Source: Octopus bimaculoides (taxonomy: Eukaryota). Taken from it: a stretch of DNA of 64,000 nucleotides. The stretch spans positions 28,504,047-28,568,046 of the forward strand of contig NC_068994.1 of NCBI RefSeq assembly GCF_001194135.2. The letters run 5' to 3'. Each line of letters starts with the position of its first letter. The stretch's first letter is position 1. Below, one piece after another: positions 24,621 to 37,399 of the stretch. The notes below the pieces were generated by a model that worked only from the letters and a program-made list of their open reading frames with translations, searched no databases and was not told the origin of the DNA. The position numbers were made by a program, and so were the translations under genes.

Positions 24621-26580
24621 AACTTCTAGCTCATGTTCTATATTTTTTAAGGTCTGTTGGAACGAATTGTTGGCTTCTTTTTCTTTTAATATTTAATGTG
24701 TATACAAACATACATGCATGCTTTCTGAAGAATTTGTTTAATTTAATATGAAACTTAAAGTCACGAGAAAAACAATCAAGTAATACTTTACTTCATTATA
24801 ATAAATATAACTCTGCACGTCTTGGGTACTCATTTTTCTTCGTAAAATTACTTACAACTTATTTTTAACATCTATGTACGTATGTATTTCTGACTTTTTA
24901 TGTGACTATGTTTCGTTTCATTTTGGTAAATTGTTTTAATTCTCGGTTTCGTTCAATAACTAAAAGCAGTATGTAATTAAAATGCCTCTTTCTATATACA
25001 ATGAACCTATCATCTACCTGTATTATGACCCCTCCCCCCAAATCTGGCAACTACGAAGTTAACATGAATGTTGGACAGGAAAAAAGCTTACTAAAGAATA
25101 GTGTGTTCCTGTAAGGCACCCAAGATTCGAAAGTAATTATTATAGGTTTTGTTGATGTTTATACTCACCTGATTATGAATTTAATGGACAATTTATTTTC
25201 ATTAGGCCCATCTAATTAAGATCTAAACATAAAAGGATATACAAGCTAAAAATGTGTGAAATAGCTAACAGCGAATGAAGTCTAGATTAGGATTCTGCAG
25301 TGTCAATATTTTTACATCTGTTTAGTTGACTTTTTAGGGTTGAGGGTGGACACCAGTCCGCTCCTCAATTTAGCACGTTTTTTTGTCAATGAACGGGTCT
25401 TAATCGCAATCTATGGGTCCACTGTTGTTATAGTTGTGTAATATCTTTAGTCAGTATTTAATACTAATTTAAAATAATTTACTTACATAAAACGAAAGAT
25501 CGCCAATATAATATGTGTTAAACCGAAAAGGTTGATCCAATTAGCACTGTTGACTTCTTATTTATATGTTATTGTTTACACAAATTCCGGCATTTTATGC
25601 TCTACTTTCAAATTCTATTGAGGTGAGTTTTAGTTATCCACCTTCGGGGTTGGTCGATGAAATAAGTACCAGCGAAGGTATCAATTAACCCCTTTCCCCC
25701 CAAAATTGCTAGCCTTGAACCTACATTCGGTATTATGTTACTGTTAATGTACAGAACGGTTTAGTCCCCGTCAGGGCATTCCATCTCGTCTTCAATTCGG
25801 TGTTTCTATGATTATATTACCTTGTGTAGCCTTCCTGTTTGAAGACAGTAGAGATATTATTTGACGGAGATTTGACTGGTAACCGGACTAATGAATCCTT
25901 GGCCTTGAATGAAAAAATGTTTCCAGGTCGGTGGATGGCAGAAATAAAATTCAAATCTTGCTTTTTTTCCCCCCATCCTTTCATTCTGTTGGGGTGGGGT
26001 GGTTAATAAAAGACATTCTATGTGAACTGAGACTAAATAACCACCAGGTTGAAACCCAAAGCACAAGTGTCAACATGAACAATTGTTTTTAAAATTTGAT
26101 TGACATACCAAGAATGTTTAGTTGATGACAATAGGCCATCATGTCTAAATGACAGTTACAGGCAGTCATCATCATCAATTTAGTTTTAAAGACCCACTCC
26201 AAATAATGACTTTTGTATAAGCTAACAATATTCACTGTCAGTTGTCTTTATGAATTTTACCCTTGTTAATTCTGATGTCTGTAATTCATTTAGCTATGTC
26301 ATCTTACAAAATGATGTTTTCAGTTATATTTGTTCTAATTTAAAATTTTCCAGTGTCATTTAATTTTCTGTTATTTACTTAATTTTTCATAGATCTGATA
26401 TCATCAGCTTTTTCTCATTCTTTTAGAGTATATAGAACAAAAAGAATTTATAAATTCTTTCATTCTTGAGTGGTGAAATTATTTGAGCTTGGTTCTACAA
26501 TTTATGAAACTACTTGTTGGTTTCTATTTAGTTTAGTACAATTCTCTCTATGTCCATTTTTAATATTTTTCTGCTTCCAG

Positions 26581-26732
26581 ATAAGGTTGGAAGAAAGGTG
26601 CTTTACTCCAAGAACAAGATAAGAATTCTCAACTCTCTGGCCCCCAAAATTATCATCTATTCACTGGATCATTGCAGCTTCCCTCAAACATGTTTATCCT
26701 TTGAAAGATACAGTACAGCTTGTAGTATGCTG
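26581..26732 (+). other. Upstream exon of the ZNF gene (mostly 5'UTR; ATG CTG at its end)
   Basis: TTCTGCTTCCAG| acceptor and ATGCTG|GTAAGA donor; phase 0 fits the tandem CAG|CAG acceptors at 26945/26948. Confidence 0.55.
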
Positions 26733-26933
26733 GTAAGAGCTAAGCAGTCTGAAAAGCACTTTAAAATTGAATAATTGATTCCATATTATTAAGATCAATC
26801 TAAAATCTGGAGGCTGGACCCATCCTCTGAAACTTCATCATATCCTTTTTTTTTTGTCTTTACTGCATTTTGTTTTTAAGTTATTTCCTTTCTTTTTCTT
26901 CTTTTCTCTTTTTTTTTCAATCATTCTTTAACT

Positions 26934-27620
26934 ATGGAAAATCAGCAGTTTTCTTATGAGTTTTTGCAAAAGTTATTAAAATGTAAAGCTAAAATGCTCT
27001 CTGGTGGGAAAAAATTTACTTGTGAAACATGCGGTAAAACATTTCCTGAGAATGTACAGCTTGTACGTCATGTGCGGATTCATACAGGAGAAAGGCCATA
27101 TAAATGCGAACACTGTGACAAAACATTCACTGAAAAGATTAACTTGACCAGACATATTTTTACACACACTGGAGAGAAACCATACAATTGTGAGTATTGT
27201 GGAAAGGCATTTTCTCAGCGTTTTACCCTATCTAAGCACATTCTTACACACACTGGAGAGAAGCCATACCACTGTGAATATTGTGGTAAAACATTTTCTC
27301 AAAGTTCTACCTTGTCTAAACACATCCTTACACACACCGGAGAGAAGCCTTATCATTGTGAATACTGTGAAAAATCATTTTCACAAAGTGGTCATCTTTC
27401 CCAACACAGACTCACTCATTTAAAACCAAAATCTTATGACTGTGAACATTGTGACAAAAAGTTCTCAATGAATTCCACTTTAGTAATTCACAGGCGTTTG
27501 CACACTGGAGAACGCCCTTATAGTTGTGATTGTTGTGAGAAAAGCTTTATGTCAAGCACTGCTCTCAAAATACACCAGAAGATCCACAAACCAAAGAAAC
27601 CTGTAGAAAGTGAACATTGA
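26934..27620 (+). CDS. C2H2 zinc-finger protein, 7 tandem fingers
   Basis: Intact 228-aa ORF with seven CxxC-x12-HxxxH fingers and TGEKPY/TGERPY linkers; no KRAB, BTB or ZAD domain visible. The real start may be spliced in from the upstream exon. Confidence 0.92.
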   Translation: MENQQFSYEFLQKLLKCKAKMLSGGKKFTCETCGKTFPENVQLVRHVRIHTGERPYKCEHCDKTFTEKINLTRHIFTHTGEKPYNCEYCGKAFSQRFTLSKHILTHTGEKPYHCEYCGKTFSQSSTLSKHILTHTGEKPYHCEYCEKSFSQSGHLSQHRLTHLKPKSYDCEHCDKKFSMNSTLVIHRRLHTGERPYSCDCCEKSFMSSTALKIHQKIHKPKKPVESEH

Positions 27621-28154
27621 TCCATCTCATTTGATTGAAACAGTAACTTTTTGTTGCATTGGTAAATCCTGTTAGAGATAAAAACACATCTCATTGTGAT
27701 TATTATCTCCTCATTTGTATCAAATAATCTTATTAAGTAAGCATCTGAAGATATTTTCTAATGCTATTGTGTCCAATGTGAAAGAAAGGGGATTTAAAAA
27801 AACTCAGGATAAAGACACAGCATCTACTGGCCCTGACATCTATTCTTTTAAATTTGTTTTTTAACCCTACTGTGACCCAATTTCTAATGTAACACACAGA
27901 CTGTGTTTCAGTTCACTTTAGTGAAATAGGTATTTCATTTATGAAATAGTGTTTGGAATGTAACTTAAAATACTCTTAGATAAATTCAATATAATTTAAA
28001 CATCAGTGATTTTTTTTTTTTGATAAAACCAAAGGCAAGTTGGTATCAAAATTTTTTGAAGAAACAAATATGCTTAGAATTTCCACTTGAAGATAACTAT
28101 TCTGAGTTAACTATTCTACAATTGAGTCAATCAACTTTCCTCCATGTATAAGAA

Positions 28155-28376
28155 TAATTTTTGTTACCATGTTTCTATTGAAATATGCTGTCTTTGCATC
28201 GATGAAAATAATGATGAATTTCAGAAATAACTTATTTATTTATTGAGCTGGGGTTTGGAACACAGATTAACATGAAATTTTAATGGAAGGTTTTCATTTT
28301 GATCACCTTAAAACAGGAAGTTTGTGTCATAGAACTAGGGATAGTCTTGGGTGGATTGATAACGAAAAGGGTTAAT
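28155..28376. mobile_element. piggyBac-like non-autonomous element remnant
   Basis: Ends in AAAAGGG|TTAA, as does a similar end at 8406-8416; left end degenerate. Confidence 0.4.
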
Positions 28377-28469
28377 TAGCACTTATATACTTCTGTCTTC
28401 ATCTCACATCAGTCATATGACACTGTCCTATTGGGACTGATATGAGCCCTCATAATAATAATAATAAGG

Positions 28470-28660
28470 GCAGCAATTTTGGGGAGGGGATAAGTTGATT
28501 ACATTGACCTCAGTGTTTCACTGGTATTTAATTTATCGACCCTGAAAGGGTGAAAGGTAAAAATGACATTGACAGAATTTGAACTCAGAATGTAGTGACA
28601 GGTGAAATACCGCTAAGCATTTCGTCTAGCATGCTAATGATTCTCCCAGCTTGATGCCTT
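28470..28660 (-). mobile_element. SINE family A copy
   Basis: Reverse complement of the family A motifs (GGTACTTAATTTATCGACC...AATTTGAACTCAGAA). Confidence 0.75.
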
Positions 28661-31119
28661 AATAATAATAATAAGAAGAAGAGAAATGGTTGAATGAGAT
28701 TGGAATAGAATGTCCTGTAGAGCTTCTGCAGAAAGTTTGCCTCTTAGGGACAAGACAGATTATCTGAAGGATCTTGTGAATATCTAATGTTATAGGTAGT
28801 AACCCACTACCCACATAAATTCTACCAGGAATAAGAATGAACCTGATTCAAATCAACAATAATAATAATAATAAAGTAGGATCATTATGTACCAGCAGAA
28901 GAAACAAGCTATATCAACACCATAATTTGATTGTTATTTCCCATTGTACACATGAAATTTAATACTTTCATGTGTAAGTAGAGGTATAGTTGACCAAATC
29001 ACCTCCCCCCCACCTTCCATTTTGTTACTGTTAACTGTTTTACAACATATATTAGATTTACAACAAAATACTAGATCATGTCATAGTAAACATCTAGTCC
29101 TCCTCCTACTCCCTCAATCTGCACCAAATTCACTACATTATGTCTGACATAATTGAAACTAAAAAGAAAAGGAAAAAAACTGCAATAAAATGCTTCTTTT
29201 GATATACTTTGAGGTTTGTTGTGCTTTATTGTTGTGTCTTGTTTTCTTATTTCATTTAATGTCCATGATAGGGAAACATGAGTTATGTGGAGCATGGTGG
29301 TATATTAGAGTACATAGGGAAATATAGCATGTGTTCAGTGGTAGTCGAGCATAGTGTGTATTCTAATATGAGTGAAACATGGAGTGAAGAATGAGGAAAA
29401 CCTACTGTAATTTAACATTTAATGTCAATGTTCCATGTTGGCATGGGCTGAACAGTTTGACAGGGATCTGATGGGCCCAAGGACTGCATTGTGCTCCAGT
29501 GTCTACTTTGGCATGGTTTTTACATTGAACGCCCTTTCCAATGCCAACCACTTTACAACATGTAATGGGTGTTTTATTTGTGCTGCCAGCATTTGTGAGG
29601 TTGTGCTGCAGCTTTTAAGACCACAAACCCCAAGAGAGATGGGGCAATTTTTTGCTAGGAAAATGAGTAGAGAAGGGTAACAAATGGGAGAAAAGGGCTG
29701 GAGATGAATGGGTTCTTTGCTGTATAAGTGCTACAAGACTACTCACATTTTAGAAAAGAGAATAGTAGGTGATTGGTTGGAGCTGGAAAGCAATAAAAAA
29801 TAGTGGTGTTAGGGTGGACCTTCAAGGTATGAGGTGGGTAGGAATGATGGGGTTGAGTTTATTGGTTGTGAAAAGTTTCAGCACCTGTGGAGCATGTGAG
29901 GAATCTATTTCCTCAACTCATTAGAAGTGGCAGCAAATCTCACTCATATCATACTCTACCATCTTAAATGTAACTCCATTGTCCAAGTCTGAAGAAAAGA
30001 TGGGATGGTTACAGCTAGAACTCCTGTGATCATAAACATGTTACGTATATTAGAAGTGAGTTGAAGCTAAATAATACAAAACATAAACTGAATGTAAAGC
30101 AGAGAAACAGATTTTATCTAAGCAAAATGAAATCAATAGTAGTATGAGATGTGTACATTATGAGGGAATCTTATGTAAGTGGCTCAACCTTTATAGAAAT
30201 GGCAGTCAAGGTCCCTTCTAATTAACCCTACCATCATAAAAGTAACATGTTGAATATAACCCCAGGTAAACTAAGCCTAGTTATCAAAAAAAAAAAAAAG
30301 ACTGGAAGATCATAGCTGTAATGCCATTTATCATAGGTTTGCATAATTAGGGCCACCTTGGGGCTAAACAACCATAGTGAACTGACAAAATATTTACTGT
30401 TGCATAAAATGCTGTTTCTTTTTTTGTTTTTCGTATTTAGTTCCATCCTTTTGTGGTCTGACTTTAAATCCTGTCATGGTCAATTCTGCCTTTCATCCTT
30501 CCAGGGTTATTAATATAAAGTACCAGTGAAATAATAGTGTTTCCTAAGTTTCTTCAAGCAAAAGATAACAGCTGAGAATCCCAAATAAATCTTCATGGTA
30601 CTTGGGGTAAATTCTAATGGCCACAGTATTCCTGTGAGGATCAGAGACACCCAGGTATTTATCATCATTGTCGTTTTAATATCTACTTTTCCATGCTTGC
30701 ATGGGTTGGATGGAATTTGCTGAGGTAGATTTTTCTTTGGTGAGATGCCCTTCTTGTCGCCAAGCCTCACCTGTTTCCAAATAAGCTAATATTTCCCCTT
30801 GACCACACATTTTCAGGGAAGATTGGAAATGGACTCAGCTTGCATAAAAGTGACACTCATTTACAACCATCACAGATTGTCAAGGCAAGGAGACAGTAAC
30901 ACAGAAACACACATTTATATATATTTATACTTATGATGGGTCTCTTTCAGTTTGTGTAGCAAATCCAATCTCAAGGCTTTGATCAGCCTGGGGGTGTAGT
31001 AGAATACTCTTTCCGAAGGTGCCATACAGTAGAACTGAACCTAAAACCTTTTCCATATTTTGTGTCTTGGAATCCTTCTAACCTTAAGCCTAAAGTCAAT
31101 AACTACTAATCTAAGTTGA

Positions 31120-32650
31120 GTTACATAGTCTTCATCTGGGAAGGACTTTGCATTAATGAGTATATGTCTTGTCCATGTTTCTGGTGAAAATGTAGTAAAT
31201 CTGGCTAGTGTGCCTATCAGATAGATAAGTGATCTGAGGGTTGGCAGGTTTTCTGAAGTTGGTGTTGCAAACCATTAAACCGTTTGCATCATAGAACTCC
31301 AGCAGCCTTGTTCCTTCCTCATTTCTGGAACCAAAGCCGTAAATTCACTGGAGTGTTTTCTCGCAAAGCCATTGAAGTCCCCTGCTCCAATGAGAATGTC
31401 ATTGTCTTTCGTCATTAAAGTAGTCCACAGAAGGGATTCATAGAAATGGTTCTTCTGAATAGCTGCAAATCTGACATGTGGAGCATATGCAGAGATAAAT
31501 GACACCGTTATGTTAAACAGGACTAATCTTAGCTTAATGATCCTAAGACACATGCTGACTACCTATCACCTTATCCACCCATTTCTCTGCTAAAAGAATA
31601 CCCATACCATCTAACCTTTCATTGCTGCTCACCCAGAACTTCCATCTGTGTCTCTTGCCTGCAAGCAGTCTAGATGAGTCTCCCCTCCATCATCATTACC
31701 TCTTGTACACAGCACACATCTACATGCCTCTGCTCAAGCATTTCAACAATCCCACCAGACCTATCATTCATTGTGCCAATGTTGATTGTGGCATCTCTGA
31801 GGTTGTGAATCTGGGAAGGTGGAGAAATGTTTTCAGCATCTGGAAAGGTCTTTGTGGTCACTTACATGAAGATAGCAGGTTCTTCGGCTTAGTGTAAGCA
31901 GGTACAGGTTGCAGCATGAGTTACAATTAAAATTTCCTTCTGTCCCATAAAGCCTTCATGGATATGCAACTGCTAGGGGAAGGGGAGGGAGAGGTTTCCA
32001 ATATAATTAAAGCAACAATTATTTTCCGGCAATGTAGAAGTTGCCATATACACCATGATAATATATACTTCTGAATTATTATCAGCGTCACACTATAGTC
32101 ATAGATACATAAGCATACATACATACACATAAGCACATACATGAACAAAGCATTACATGTAAAAACCTGAATGTAGGACCCACAGGCTCTTATATGCATT
32201 ACATGTACCCATATAACTATGCACTCATAGACAACTCACAGGTTGTAATATTGTCAAGTGCAATATCTTTCTCTCTCTCTCTCTGGCCGGGTAACCATGT
32301 GCCTCCTCTATAGTAGGACACATGTTTCTGATCTGTTTCTCTGTCACACACTAACCTTTCATTATCTGACACAAGATCCCCTCCTCCAATGCCCCATTTC
32401 CTGGTTGGCATTTGGAAGAGCGTCCAGCTGTAAAAACCATGTCAAAACTGACTTCGCCTGTACTGGTGCCACAGAAAAAGCACTCAGTCCATTCTGTGGA
32501 GTTGGTGTCAGGAAGAGCATTCAGTCGTAAAAACCCTGCCAAAACAAATATAATAGCCTGGGGTAGTCTTCTACTTGACTGGCTCTTGTCAAACCGTCCA
32601 ACCCATGCCTGCATGAAAGGTGGATGTTAAACGATGATGATGATGATACA
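31120..32650 (-). mobile_element. RTE-clade LINE 5' part (UTR and AP endonuclease), decayed
   Basis: TINIGTM...IVEMLEQRHVDVCCVQEV (31670-31861) and IIKLRLVL...FISAYAP...GAGDFNG (31275-31553); UTR repeat beginning CATCATCATCGTTTAACATCC at ~32640; related pieces near 29400, 30600, 34600 and 36950. Confidence 0.85.
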
Positions 32651-35600
32651 ACATACATATAATTATGTTATATATTATATAACCATAGTTCTCCAATGAA
32701 CATGCTCATATATGAGTAGAATAAACAAACATGAGCATCAATATGTGCACATGCACTTGAATCTCTTTCACAAAGGTGGAGATGAGGCACAGGTGGGAGG
32801 ATCCTCCATGAAAATTTCTAAGAGAACTGAAATTGAAAGTACCTGTGGGAACAATAAATAGAGAAAGAGAGATACAACCACAATATCACAAGAAGAGAAA
32901 AAGGGGAATTTTAATTTTCTGATAGCAATTGGAAGTTGTACCTGTCAGAGAGAGATAGGGACATGTCCACTATATCACACAGGGAGAGAGAGAGAATTCA
33001 AAATGGAGAGATTGGGTGAAGCTGAAGGTTACCGAACTGGAGGAAATTCAATGTAATTTATGGTCACAAATGTATGAGGCAGTAACAGCTGGAAGGCCGA
33101 AGAATAAAACACATCCAGAATAGTGTTGTTAATTAATAACCTGCACAAAGAATTTTAATTTGTGAAGGACCTAAATGAATAACCTGAACAGGTGCGTAGT
33201 GTACCACATGTCAGACACAAAAGGATGCATGATGGGAAGGTAAACTTACAAAACCCAAACAGAAGAATGCTGGACTCCTTTACCACTACAGTCTACATCA
33301 AATATGAAGTTTGTCAAATCAAAGAAAATGAGTGGTTCCAGCTGTTTTGGCTCAATACAATATGTATTGACTGTTGTGTAGTGCCCACAAGTGAGCACTA
33401 CTTAAGCAGACTTTACAATTGAAGGAATTCCAGTTGTGATCATTCCATCTTTTAAAGCAAATTTTATTAGAGTACAATATTCAAGTCTTACCTTTGTAGG
33501 CAGGGTGTTATTTAGGAGAGATCTTACTGCTATATCCAGCTGATCAAATGACCTTGTAGAAATTCCATTATTGGTCCAAGTGACTCACCTGTATCCCATT
33601 TAGGATACCACCACCCCATCATCTTTGCCTTTCATCCTTTTGGGGCCAATAAAATAAGTACCAGTTGAGCACTGGGTTGATGCTATCAACTTACCCCACC
33701 CCCGAAATTGCTGGACTTGTGCCAAAATTTGGAAAAGGAAGTTACTACTACTACTACTACTCCTACATTAGGACTTAGAGAATGGCAGTTTCAAAGAAAT
33801 AAAGGAATTGTGAACTGTTGAATAACTTCAAACTTAAGATTTAATATCAAAACATTTTCCTATTGGCAATGAATTGTCTATTTCACTGCCAGAATGTCAT
33901 GATGAACTTCAGTGTTTATTTTTTTTCCTGTATCAAGAACATTATTGTAGGTACTATCCACAACATGCATCTAGCACCCATGCACACAGCATTCATGTAA
34001 ATATCTATAATGAAGAAGTTAGTGACCTACAATCTACAAATAGAGAAGAATTAACTATCAAGAAATAACAATACAACTGTAATATTGCCTTGGCAGTAAC
34101 TGCAACACTGAAAAATTATTTATTACACAAATACAAAGTTGCCTTTAAGTTCACAAGTTAGTGAAGCACCACAGCTCTCTTTTACTTTCTATAACAACTA
34201 AAGAAAAGACTAATTTTATCTTATAGGCCATCATTACCCACAGCGAAATATATTAATGGCTGTAATCTTTGCAACAAGGTAAAATTACAAATATACACTA
34301 AAACAAAGACATTCCAAACAGAAGTAATACCATAATGAGAACAAGTTTTATTTCTTTAATATCGTATACACTTAAACTAGATTAATTTTGCCAGTTGTAG
34401 ATTACACCTCCTTGGCTATAAACTAACCTACTCAGCCAGAAGTTAACCAAATAACAACCTAGATGAAGCCAACTGGAAACCTGCATCATGAGTAATAAGA
34501 TGTGAAATAGCCTAGACAAATTTATTCTCACATAGGAATTGAGTTTTCTTTAGAAAATATTGTTATGGACAAAGTAGAAGTATTTGCAAACAAACATCAC
34601 CATTTAACATCTGTTCTTCATACTGGCATAAGTTTTGACAGGAGCTGGTATGCTGGAGAACTGCACCAAGTTCTGTCTGCTTTGGCGTGGTTTCTACAGC
34701 TGGATGTCTTTCCTAATGCTGACCACTTTACAGATGGTAATGGGTGCTTTTTACATGGCAGCGGCTCAATTGAAGCTACCAAAGAACTTGCAAAATAAGG
34801 CCTCTCCACTGAGGTTGCATTAGTGTTGAGGAAGGTGGCTTTGTGCCAGATGATGAGAGGTTAGTGTATGATGGAGGGATAGAAATGGATGTCTTGTGGT
34901 AGAGGAGATAGATGGCTACCTCAGGTGGATAAGCGAGAGGGAGAGAGATATGTTGGGGCATATCCTTGAGTTATAGGGAAGCAAATACAAGTGAAATAGT
35001 ACAGATAGGACAGGCTGAGTGAATAGGTAAGTTTGCAAGAGTGCTAAAGTAAGAGATAGAGGGGAGAGGAATGCATTATGTGGCATACACAGGTGGAAGG
35101 AGGGGATATTAGGAAGATGAGTTGTGAGGGACAGCTTAGGTACAAACTCATGTCTATAAATTGTAAAACAGCAGTTTTACATTGGCATGTAAGCAACAAT
35201 GTCTGTGTAGTTTGTTGGAAGTACTTTCTGTGTAAAAGGTAATGGATTTTATGTAAATACAAACAAACAAACACATATTAATGCATCTAAAGATTTCCAA
35301 CATGGGAAGAGGGCTACAAATTTGTGACTAATCAAATCAAGTACTTGGCTGTAATATTTATATTAAAACACATTATAATTAAAAAGAAGGTCACAAATAT
35401 GTAAAAATATTTATTTATTTCAAAAAAGATTACAATCAAAAATATAGAAATACAGTTGATAAATAGTATGTATAAAGATATATAATATAAAAAAGGGGGT
35501 GTTTTTAAACTCAGAAAAAGTATCACAAGGTATTTTTGCTTGAAAGCACCAATTTGTCAATTTTCTCCACACGTGTGTAAATCTTTCACTAATAAACAAG

Positions 35601-35725
35601 TGTATATGGTATACATTCACATATACGTGTGTGTGAGTATATATATATATATATACCAGATTCAACTAATCACATAACTTGGGAATCCACATATATTAAG
35701 AACAGATATTGTTGTTAAATTATGC

Positions 35726-35726
<1 letters not shown>

Positions 35727-35789
<63 letters not shown>
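35727..35789. repeat. Compound (TA)n-(GA)n microsatellite
   Basis: Visible directly. Confidence 0.9.
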
Positions 35790-35791
<2 letters not shown>

Positions 35792-35799
35792 TGATATTT

Positions 35800-36270
35800 G
35801 TGAACTCAAGATTTATAGGCCATAAATGAAAAACAACCTAACATAATGTTAGGTAAGTCTCAGGATCAATGCCACAAGTAAACATTCAGATATTAGACAT
35901 GGTGATCAAGTTCTGGACTGAGGAGGTGCCATGTGTTCCTGGAGGACTGCTTCATACCAAATTGACTAAGAAGTTACTGGCTGAAAAATTTTACAACTAT
36001 GTGACCCTGAGATATGACATCCGAGCTCCTGTGACTTGAATAACTTAGACAACTATGTTTGGGGCATCATTGAGAGGGACACTAACTGACTACCCCAGGA
36101 TTTATCAAATGCTGCTGACAAAGATATGGCAAGTGATATGAATGAGAATCAATGGAATCTGGCGTGTAATTGCTTCCATGGCCACATCAAGACTGAGAAC
36201 AAGTTTATGAAATAACTTGTTTCTTTGATATTAAATTGAAAAGGTGGAATTCTGATAAGGACATTTCCTG
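35800..36270 (+). mobile_element. Tc1/mariner transposase C-terminal relic
   Basis: PSSCDLNNLDNYVWGIIERDTN resembles PPxSPDLNPLDYYVWG; right end CCTG|TA at 36267-36272. Confidence 0.65.
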
Positions 36271-37399
36271 TAATGAATGTAAACAATTATGATACAGATT
36301 GTTCAATGTAGTCCTTTGCAGAAAAGATAACAATGTGAGGTTTGTTCAATGATGTTATTGTTTTTTTTTGTTTTTTTTTTTCTATTCTATTCAGAGGAGA
36401 GACCTGTGTTTGTTTCCTGAAAGTAACAAGAAATAGAAATAAATATCAGTGACATAGAATTGTTTGTGTAGAAATGTTATTTGCCAAGATCAAGGTCATG
36501 ACTATGATGTAAATTGTATTCTAACAAAAAGCATTTTTTTTTGCTACCCAATTACAATAGTTTGTATATTGGGAGGAATTGAATATACAATTTTTATATT
36601 AATTTTTATCTTTCATATGAAGGTGTGCTGAAACATTCTTGGCTTTAAGAGGCCAACCTGGTGGCCAACCTTCCAAATTCTTTTACAGGGTTTAGAAAAA
36701 CTGAAGGACTGCTGCAGTAAGTGTGTGAATCTGTGAGGAGAATATGTTGAATAAAATCATAATTGACTGGTCCTCCTGTATTTTCTTTTAACCAAAGCCA
36801 GGAACTTTTCAGCACCCCTTTATAAATCACTTTTATCAACATAATTCTTATATCTTTAATTTTACTCTCTCCCTCCCTTTCTTGGCTGGCTAACCTCCTC
36901 TTTTGCAAGACATCTATTTCTGTCTCTGTCACACTCTAATCTTTCATCATCTGACACAAGATCACCTCCTCTAATGTCCCCTCTGTGTCCTGTCTCCCCC
37001 ACACTTCTCTTCTTACGCTTCCTCTTCCAGTCAGTCCCTTAACCATTGACGTCATGGCCCTCTTCTCCTGGCTCATCCCCACAGATGTCCAAGTGGCACT
37101 CATTCTCTCTCTCGCCTGCATGTGTGCACACATACATACATACATACAAAAAAGATGTATGCTTATTAATGTATGCATGTATACATGACAACGCACCCCT
37201 TTACTCACTATTTCTCTTACATACACAAACACACACGTCCATTTCATTTGATGTTTGATATTGTATGTATGTGTGTGTGTGTGCACGTGTGTGAGGTGTT
37301 CCCCAATCACCATTTATTTCAATCACTGTTGTGAAGATATTCACCTGACTCATTTTTTCATTTAACCCCCATTTTAATTTTCAAGGTAGTCAATGTTGA

